From: Synergistales bacterium
GTDB taxonomy: Bacteria > Synergistota > Synergistia > Synergistales > JAFGMB01
DNA length: 64,000 nt
Assembly (NCBI GenBank): GCA_963666205.1
Contig: OY762654.1
Location: 2,624,001 to 2,688,000 of the forward strand
Direction of reading: 5' to 3'
Below, piece after piece: positions 57,412 to 64,000 of this stretch (positions are counted from its first letter, which is position 1; every line of letters begins with the position of its first letter). The position numbers and the translations under genes were made by a program. The notes below the pieces were generated by a model, which worked only from the letters and a program-made list of their open reading frames with translations, was not told the DNA's origin and did no database searches.

Positions 57412-57448
57412 TGGCATCTTGAGTAAAAAGATCTGGAATCTTTATGAA

Positions 57449-57488
57449 AAATAATAAGACCTCCCTTGTAAGGGAGGTCTTATTATTT
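57449..57488. terminator. 19-bp perfect inverted repeat, bidirectional terminator
   Basis: AAATAATAAGACCTCCCTT-GT-AAGGGAGGTCTTATTATTT between convergent genes. Confidence 0.8.
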
Positions 57489-57502
57489 CTGATTATTGTA
57501 TG

Positions 57503-58000
57503 TCACAATGTGTTCATTGCAATAACATATTCCCCTGCAAGGGCTATAATGGCCTTCCTGGACAAATTTCTTGATTCAATTGTAAGGGTACCTTTTCCAG
57601 GTATATTTATTGAGACAGCCATTCCAGCATAAGGGTAGTTTTCAAAGACAGCCCTTAAGCCTTCTATTTCCAGAGTCGAATATTCAGCACCAAATCCGAT
57701 GGGCCTGTCATTGTTATTTATGTTTCCAGGAGGTATATACAGCTCTCCCGGACCAGGTCCTGTCAGCAGGATCACCTTGGCATTCTTATGAGACTGAGAC
57801 AGAATATCCTGCTGAATAAACCATCCGAGGTTCTCCTTTTCTGTCTTAAGCTCCCTGACCTGTTCTGTTATAATTTCCCATTCGGACAGCAGGGGAATTG
57901 TGGGAACATCTTCGCCAAAGGATGGACTATGATAACAGAAAGCGTTAAAGAAAAACAAAGTTATCACCAGGAACCATATATTATACTTTTCGGTCTTCAT
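57503..58000 (-). CDS. Hypothetical exported protein
   Basis: 165 aa ORF filling the gap between two terminators, hydrophobic N-terminus, SD-like GAGG upstream. Confidence 0.6.
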   Translation of the reverse strand: MKTEKYNIWFLVITLFFFNAFCYHSPSFGEDVPTIPLLSEWEIITEQVRELKTEKENLGWFIQQDILSQSHKNAKVILLTGPGPGELYIPPGNINNNDRPIGFGAEYSTLEIEGLRAVFENYPYAGMAVSINIPGKGTLTIESRNLSRKAIIALAGEYVIAMNTL

Positions 58001-58043
58001 GGGTTTTCCCTCATTTGCAATATAGCTACAATATATATTCTAT

Positions 58044-58084
58044 AACAAAAGAGGATGGAGGTAACATTCACCCTCCATCCTCTT
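58044..58084 (-). terminator. Intrinsic terminator of the aor operon
   Basis: AAGAGGATGGAGG / CCTCCATCCTCTT stem with U-rich tail on the minus strand. Confidence 0.75.
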
Positions 58085-58105
58085 CTAATGAAAAGAGTAT
58101 TGATT

Positions 58106-59905
58106 TTAGACCAGTCCGAGCTCCTCCAGTTTTTCTGGTGTTGGAACTCCTTCTGTATCCCAGCCTCTTTCTTTATAGTACTCAGGGAGCATTTCATGGA
58201 CTTTGCTTAATGCGCCCTTCATAGGACCTGCAGGAATCGGCTCTTCGAACATTCTTGGCGGGAGGTTATCATCTTCTGCGGATAGACCAGCTTGAAGATT
58301 GAACAATCTTTCAAGGTTCCATATTCTGTCTCCTGCTTTCATGAACTCTTCTTCTGAATAATCCACTCCTGTTGCAGCGGCAAGCTGGGCAGCTATGTCT
58401 GCCCCTCCAAGTCCAAATGTTGTGAAAAGACACGTTCCCGAGGAATCAAGGGCTGCTGTAAGATCCTGGAATATCTTAAGGAACTTTGGCTTTTCTTCTG
58501 TAGAAGACGGGTCAAGTTTCACTGGTACACCCAGTACTTCCGGTGAAGTTAGATATCCTCTTACATGACACCCACCTCTATTGGATGTTGCATATTCCAG
58601 GCCCATCCCCTGCAGAGCTCTTGGATCATATGCGGGCATTTCCTGCTTTTTTACGCTCATGGAGAGATCCGGTCTTCCGTATCCGGATGCAAGTCTATAG
58701 GATCCTTCAGCAAGGGAATTGCCGAAGCCTTTTCGATAAGCAGTCTGTTCAGTCAGCTTGACCATCGCATCTGCGTTGCCGAAAGAAAGGTTATATCCGG
58801 CTTCTTCCTGGGACACGAGACCCTCTTCATAAAGTTCCATTGCACAGCCTATGGTGCTACCCATGGTTATTGTATCCATTCCGAGTTCATTGCATATATA
58901 GTTGGCCTTTGTAATTGCATCAAGGTCATCAACGCCACATTGAGATCCAAAAGACCATGTTGTCTCATATTCAGGTCCTTCTCCCTCTCCTGCATATTTG
59001 CCGGAACTTTTTGAAACCCTTCCACACCCTATCATGCATCCCATGCAGGCTTTGTTACCTACCAGGTTCTGGGAGTTGAAGGTCTCGGCGCTTATCTTGT
59101 CAGCACCTTCGTATATGGCTTCCCTGAAATTTCTGGTAGGAAGGGCTCCTGCTGAGTTGATAACACCTACCAGCACATTGGTCCCAAAGGTTGGAAGTCC
59201 CTGCGATGCCACGGGATGTTCTTTGAGTTTTTTCCTTGCAGATTTAACTGCGGAAATAAACTCCTCCTTATCTGCGACCTTGATCCCCTTTGTTCCTCTG
59301 ACAACAATTGCTTTGAGTTTTTTTGAACCCATTACCGCTCCCACGCCAGACCTTCCTGCCGCCCTGTCTTTATCATTAATTATGCATGCGAATTTGACCA
59401 GATTCTCTCCTGCAGGACCGATGCAGGCCACTTTGGCTTCTGAGTCTGTCTCAGAAATCAGGGTATCGGTTGTATCATGAGTATTCTTCCCCCATAAATG
59501 GGAAGCATCCCGCAATTCGACCTCATCATTGTATATGTAAAGGTACACTGGTTTGGGAGAAGATCCTTCAAAAATTATCATGTCAAAACCTGCATACTTC
59601 AATTCAGGTCCCCAGAAACCTCCTGAATTTGAGGCAGCGATGGCGCCGGTCAGTGGACCCTTGGTCACTACATCATAGCGGCCTGCCGATGTTGCCAGCG
59701 TTCCTGTCAGGGGTCCTGTAGCGAAAAGAAGTTTGTTCTCTTTGCTCAGAGGATCGACCGCAGGGTCTACTTCCTTGAAGAAATATCTTGTGGCCAGGCC
59801 TCTTGCACCAATAAATTCCTTCGCATCCTTCGTATTTAGAGATTCGGTAACAATGGTCCCCTCAGTAAGATCAACCCTGAGAACCTTACCTTTCCACCCG
59901 AACAT
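58106..59905 (-). CDS. aor: Tungsten-type aldehyde:ferredoxin oxidoreductase catalytic subunit
   Basis: [77 protein letters not shown]. Confidence 0.95.
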   Translation of the reverse strand: MFGWKGKVLRVDLTEGTIVTESLNTKDAKEFIGARGLATRYFFKEVDPAVDPLSKENKLLFATGPLTGTLATSAGRYDVVTKGPLTGAIAASNSGGFWGPELKYAGFDMIIFEGSSPKPVYLYIYNDEVELRDASHLWGKNTHDTTDTLISETDSEAKVACIGPAGENLVKFACIINDKDRAAGRSGVGAVMGSKKLKAIVVRGTKGIKVADKEEFISAVKSARKKLKEHPVASQGLPTFGTNVLVGVINSAGALPTRNFREAIYEGADKISAETFNSQNLVGNKACMGCMIGCGRVSKSSGKYAGEGEGPEYETTWSFGSQCGVDDLDAITKANYICNELGMDTITMGSTIGCAMELYEEGLVSQEEAGYNLSFGNADAMVKLTEQTAYRKGFGNSLAEGSYRLASGYGRPDLSMSVKKQEMPAYDPRALQGMGLEYATSNRGGCHVRGYLTSPEVLGVPVKLDPSSTEEKPKFLKIFQDLTAALDSSGTCLFTTFGLGGADIAAQLAAATGVDYSEEEFMKAGDRIWNLERLFNLQAGLSAEDDNLPPRMFEEPIPAGPMKGALSKVHEMLPEYYKERGWDTEGVPTPEKLEELGLV

Positions 59906-60384
59906 TATTTCTCCACCTCCTCTACGATAGTAGCGAATCTTGCAGCATAGGCTTTCTTTTTGTCGAGACTATCCTTTTCAGCCGGGACATAAGAGAGGGC
60001 CCCTGTGGGACAGAATTCAACACACTGAGGGTCACCTGCGCACTGATCGCATTTAATGGACGTTTTTTTCTCACTGCTGTATGAAATATTTCCGAAGGGA
60101 CATGCCATTACGCACATACGGCAACCTATACATTTTTCTGAATCAATGTTCACAACTCCACTGTCATCATCCCTTACAAGGGCTCCTGTTTTACATACCG
60201 ATGCACAAGGAGCGTCTTCGCACTGCAGGCATGTCATGGGAACGTTTATTCCCATTTTAAATCTGAAAACCTGGATCCTGGACATTGAAGGCCTGAACTC
60301 CCCCTCATTGGCGAAAGAGCAGGCAGTTTCACAACTACCGCAGCCAATACACTTTTCGGGTGATATAAGCAGAACCTTTTCCAT
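59905..60384 (-). CDS. 4x[4Fe-4S] electron transfer subunit (AorA/WorS-like)
   Basis: [47 protein letters not shown]. Confidence 0.92.
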   Translation of the reverse strand: MEKVLLISPEKCIGCGSCETACSFANEGEFRPSMSRIQVFRFKMGINVPMTCLQCEDAPCASVCKTGALVRDDDSGVVNIDSEKCIGCRMCVMACPFGNISYSSEKKTSIKCDQCAGDPQCVEFCPTGALSYVPAEKDSLDKKKAYAARFATIVEEVEK

Positions 60385-60481
60385 ATGGGCATTCCTCCCT
60401 TTATTTATGATATACAGCCTTTATTCTGAAAATCCCTTTTTCAAAGGACTTCCCCCCTGTTTATGTGCCTTACATAGAACT

Positions 60482-61231
60482 TCAGCCTGTGGTAATTCCA
60501 TGACCTATTATTCTGGCTTCTTCCAGTTGTTTGCATCTCATGCAGAGCAGTTCCGGTTCGTCATTTCCGCTTGCTGCAGCTAACTGTTCAAAAGTGGCAA
60601 AATATTTCCCACAGATTCTGCATTTTGCCAGAGCAAAGATTTTTCCCCAGATGAACCTGACTCCATTTTTATCTTCCATTTCTATGAAATTTACAGGACA
60701 GATTTCTGCACATGCACCACAGCCTGTGCAGGTAAGCGAAGGCTCGCCAAATGGCGTTGCAACCTCTCTTTCATGGCCTCTGTTAATGAAGCTCAGGGCA
60801 GCGCTTCCCGAGGCTTCACAGGCACTGATGCATAATCCGCAAAGAATACATTTATTTTCCCTGGTTTTAGAATTCTGAGAGGGATGATCTTCAATTCCAT
60901 ATTCTCTGGCAATGGACTTCAATGCAGGATCATCGGGGTTTCTGAGAAGAAGCATTTTGACAATGAAGCTTCTGAGTTTTTTTATTCTTTCATTGAAAGT
61001 TATCACTTCAAGACCGGGATTTTCTATGGGGAACATACAGGACATTACGATCCTGTGTTTGCCCATTTCATTTATTTCAACAGAACATAACCTGCAGTTT
61101 CCCGAAGGAGAGAGACCAGGATGGTAACACATCGTTGGTATCCTGATACCCATACTCTTTGCTGCTTCAAGGATTGTTGTCCCCTTTTTAACACTACATT
61201 TCTGACCGTCGATAACGATCTCAATCATCAT
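60482..61231 (-). CDS. NuoG/HydA-N-like Fe-S subunit (BfuA-like)
   Basis: [19 protein letters not shown] [2Fe-2S]; [11 protein letters not shown] and [13 protein letters not shown]-terminal CRIC..CMRC. Confidence 0.88.
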   Translation of the reverse strand: MMIEIVIDGQKCSVKKGTTILEAAKSMGIRIPTMCYHPGLSPSGNCRLCSVEINEMGKHRIVMSCMFPIENPGLEVITFNERIKKLRSFIVKMLLLRNPDDPALKSIAREYGIEDHPSQNSKTRENKCILCGLCISACEASGSAALSFINRGHEREVATPFGEPSLTCTGCGACAEICPVNFIEMEDKNGVRFIWGKIFALAKCRICGKYFATFEQLAAASGNDEPELLCMRCKQLEEARIIGHGITTG

Positions 61232-63095
61232 CCTCTCGTCTCCTTCCGATAACGATTGCATCGAATCTGCAGGTCTTAAGACATGTCCCACACTGGATAC
61301 ATTTATTAATAGAGATCTCATGGGGTTGGCCAGGATCTCCTTTTATCGCGGCTTGTGGGCATTCCCTGAAGCAGGCATGACATCCAACACACCTGGAAGG
61401 GTCGATGGTGAGTGAGAACATATTTGTACAAACACCTGCCCGGCAGAAACTATCTTCTTCATGTTCCATGTATTCTTCCGGAAAATATCTGAGTGTGGAG
61501 ATAACTGGATTGGCAGCAGTCTTTCCAAGGCCGCAAAGAGCTGTATGGGGAAGGCATTCTGCAATTTCCCTCAGTTTCTTAACATCCCCCTTTTCTGCCC
61601 GTGAGGTTGTGAGACGATGGAGAATATTTTGCATTTCCCTAAGTCCCTCTCGGCAGGGAGTGCATTTACCACATGATTCTTCCGCGAGAAAGTCAATAAA
61701 GTAACGGGCCACATCTACCATACAAGTCCTGTCATCCATTACTATCAGTCCACCGGAACCCATCATGGAACCAACTTCTGTCAGGCTATCGAAGTCCACC
61801 TTAAGGTCAAGCATTGTCCCGGGGATACATCCTCCTGATGGCCCCCCTGTCTGGACCGCTTTCAATGGTCTATTACTCAGAGTTCCCCCGCCAATTCCGT
61901 AAATGATTTCCCGTAATGGGATTCCCATGGGAACTTCAACAAGGCCGCTATTCTTGATTTTTCCAACAAGGGAAAAGATTTTTGTCCCGGGACTCTGTTC
62001 AGTACCTGACATTCGGAAGGGAGTGGCACCCTGGAGGATAATATGGGGTATATTGGCCCATGTTTCAACATTATTCAGCACTGTCGGTTTTCCCCAAAGT
62101 CCCTTTCGGGTCGATCGGATATATTTGACCCTTGGCTCACCGATCTTTCCTTCAATAGAAGCCATCAAGGCAGTAGATTCACCGCATACGAAAGCTCCGC
62201 CACCCCTGTATGTTTCAATTTCAAAAGAGAAGTTTCCTCCAAGGATGTTCTTACCCAGAAACCCTCTCTGCAGAGCCTCTTTGATGGCATGATCCAGATG
62301 TTTAACTGCCAGTGGATATTCAGCCCTTACGTAGATAAAGCCCTTGCTGGCTCCAATGGCATACCCGCCAATGATCATTCCCTCAATTATGCTGTGAGGA
62401 TCTCCTTCCATAAGGCTTCTGTCCATAAAAGCACCTGGGTCTCCTTCATCCCCGTTCGCTATAACATACCTTTCAGTATCTTCGGCTTCAGAACAGGATC
62501 TCCATTTTTTCCCGGTAGGGAATCCACCTCCGCCTCTTCCTCTCAAGCCTGATCTTACAACTTCTTCGATGACTTCATTTTTTTCCATGAACAAAGCTTT
62601 AGCCAGTGCAGAATATCCGCCAAGGGATATATAGCTGTCAATTGACTCAGGATCCACTTTCCCGGAAAAGCTGAGGACTTTCCTGGTCTGTTTTGAATAA
62701 AATGGAATTTCCCCTGATGTCAGAGATATCTCTTCTGTATTCGGGTCGGTGTAAAGGAGCTGCCGGACCAGTTTTCTTTCTCTGATCGTTTTTTGAAAGA
62801 TTTCTTCGACATCCTTCTTGTGAACTTTCTGATAAAAGATATTATAGGGATGGATGGTCACAATAGGACCATGTTCGCAAAATCCATGACATCCTGTTGA
62901 GCCAGCCACAACTGTAACTTTCAGAGAATCTTCAGTTTTCTGGATCAGTCTCTGAAATTCCCTGAGGATCAGTTCACTTCCGTTTGCAAGGCAGCCAGTT
63001 CCGCAACAGACCTTTATAGTGACTTTTTCTACCATCGGAAGTTGTACTAAATCGTTTCTGTCCGGATTCAAAGGGTCTTGTTCATTCAGAGTCAT
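61221..63095 (-). CDS. NuoF/HydB-like FMN/NAD(H) subunit (BfuB-like)
   Basis: [60 protein letters not shown]-terminal 2x[4Fe-4S]. Confidence 0.94.
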   Translation of the reverse strand: MTLNEQDPLNPDRNDLVQLPMVEKVTIKVCCGTGCLANGSELILREFQRLIQKTEDSLKVTVVAGSTGCHGFCEHGPIVTIHPYNIFYQKVHKKDVEEIFQKTIRERKLVRQLLYTDPNTEEISLTSGEIPFYSKQTRKVLSFSGKVDPESIDSYISLGGYSALAKALFMEKNEVIEEVVRSGLRGRGGGGFPTGKKWRSCSEAEDTERYVIANGDEGDPGAFMDRSLMEGDPHSIIEGMIIGGYAIGASKGFIYVRAEYPLAVKHLDHAIKEALQRGFLGKNILGGNFSFEIETYRGGGAFVCGESTALMASIEGKIGEPRVKYIRSTRKGLWGKPTVLNNVETWANIPHIILQGATPFRMSGTEQSPGTKIFSLVGKIKNSGLVEVPMGIPLREIIYGIGGGTLSNRPLKAVQTGGPSGGCIPGTMLDLKVDFDSLTEVGSMMGSGGLIVMDDRTCMVDVARYFIDFLAEESCGKCTPCREGLREMQNILHRLTTSRAEKGDVKKLREIAECLPHTALCGLGKTAANPVISTLRYFPEEYMEHEEDSFCRAGVCTNMFSLTIDPSRCVGCHACFRECPQAAIKGDPGQPHEISINKCIQCGTCLKTCRFDAIVIGRRREDDD

Positions 63096-63594
63096 TGCTG
63101 CATGAGTCCTTTCGGAGGACCTCACAAACTTTATGAGGCGTCATTTTTCCATAAATCCTGTCATCTATCATCATTACAGGTGCAAGAGCACATGCTCCAA
63201 GGCAGTTCACAGTTTCAAGGCTGAACATTCCGTCCTCTGTCGTTTCTCCGGAGAGAATGCCCAACTCCTTTTCTATCTGTTTCAGGATCGAAGAACTGCC
63301 TCTCAAATGACATGCTGTTCCTGCGCAGACCCTGATGGTTTTCTCTCCTTTCGGAGTAAGGCTTAATGCCTTGTAAAATGTGGCTACACTGAAAACTCTT
63401 GTTTCGGGTACGCAAAGATATTCGGCAACTCTTTTCATTGCTGAGATGGGAAGGTAGCGAAATTTTGCCTGGATGTCGAGGAGAGCGGGAAGAAGGAACC
63501 GGGGTTCCTTTGAATAACTGGAGAGGATATCCTCAATTTCGGATATTTCTGTGGAAACATTTTCTTTTAAACATACAATAAGGTTATCTGCCAT
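63082..63594 (-). CDS. NuoE/HydC-like [2Fe-2S] subunit (BfuC-like)
   Basis: [28 protein letters not shown]. Confidence 0.93.
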   Translation of the reverse strand: MADNLIVCLKENVSTEISEIEDILSSYSKEPRFLLPALLDIQAKFRYLPISAMKRVAEYLCVPETRVFSVATFYKALSLTPKGEKTIRVCAGTACHLRGSSSILKQIEKELGILSGETTEDGMFSLETVNCLGACALAPVMMIDDRIYGKMTPHKVCEVLRKDSCSNDSE

Positions 63595-63927
63595 GGAAGC
63601 TTCCCCCTTTAGCCGGCTTTTTGGCAAATATGAAAAGTGTTTTAAGATACCCCACTCAATTATACTGCTATTTTAGATAGAACTGGTAACAATTAAAGGG
63701 ATAAACGAATTCGCAATATTATAATAAATTAACTACATTTAATCTTTTTTCGTTCCGGATGGCCTTGGAATAAAGATAAATAGACGGTTTTCCTTGACTC
63801 GGGAAATACTAGATTCTGTGATGATATCCAGTAAATGGATATAATAGAGTTATCATGCAGGGGATATGTCTATTATGATTTCCTGTTCCCTTTATAAATC
63901 CAGAGTTATCTGTCAGGGGGGATAAAG

Positions 63928-64000
63928 ATGGAAATAAGGAAAGTTTCTGCAGCTGAGTCGGTGGGGCTTCCTCTATCCCATGATCTTACACAGATCGATC
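63928..64000 (+). CDS. 5' fragment of probable molybdopterin-binding (MoeA-like) protein
   Basis: MEIRKVSAAESVGLPLSHDLTQID matches the A(V)G..L.HD.T.I N-terminus of this family; divergent from the aor operon; only 24 codons visible. Confidence 0.6.
   Translation, partial: MEIRKVSAAESVGLPLSHDLTQID

Noticed and set aside
57444-57632. 62-aa plus-strand ORF
   Set aside because: Runs through a terminator and overlaps the minus-strand gene
60482-63594. Respiratory complex I nuoEFG or [FeFe]-hydrogenase
   Set aside because: No membrane nuo genes, no H-cluster domain, and the genes are linked to aor
1-64000. CRISPR arrays, IS elements, integrases, prophage, tRNA/rRNA
   Set aside because: No repeat-spacer pattern, mobility genes or structural RNA signatures were seen in the intergenic gaps

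Overview
Gene-dense chromosomal window from an anaerobic amino-acid fermenter. It combines Firmicute-like housekeeping genes (rny, divIVA, sepF, ymdB) with an outer-membrane secretin, which is most consistent with Synergistota (inference). In order it holds: the secA 3' end, a DUF3857-like protein, argS, ftsB-like, rpsF-ssb-rpsR, DUF2232-rplI-dnaB; a split type II secretion cluster (Noc-like ParB, O-antigen-ligase/O-OTase-like gene, gspJKLMNCID, then parA-gspEFGH); glutamine synthetase III; queD-folE2; yggS-sepF-divIVA-recG-recX-rny-ymdB; hypCDE; an NSS transporter; a glycine-riboswitch-led glycine reductase operon with two selenoproteins (grdA, grdB) broken in the ORF track; an Ala/Gly symporter with alr; transketolase, queH, a PurM-family protein, an M24 peptidase and rubredoxin; an amino-acid binding protein; a small protein plus ArsA/Get3-like ATPase; and a five-gene Bfu-type (electron-bifurcating) tungsten aldehyde oxidoreductase operon. 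I saw no mobile elements, CRISPR arrays, rRNA or tRNA. The best candidate for an undescribed system is a Soj-type ParA whose stop lies 1 nt before a GspE carrying an extra basic peptide and acidic linker, suggesting ParA-driven positioning of the T2SS. A Noc-type ParB and a putative glycosyltransferase head the same cluster. All calls come from motif recognition; no searches were run.
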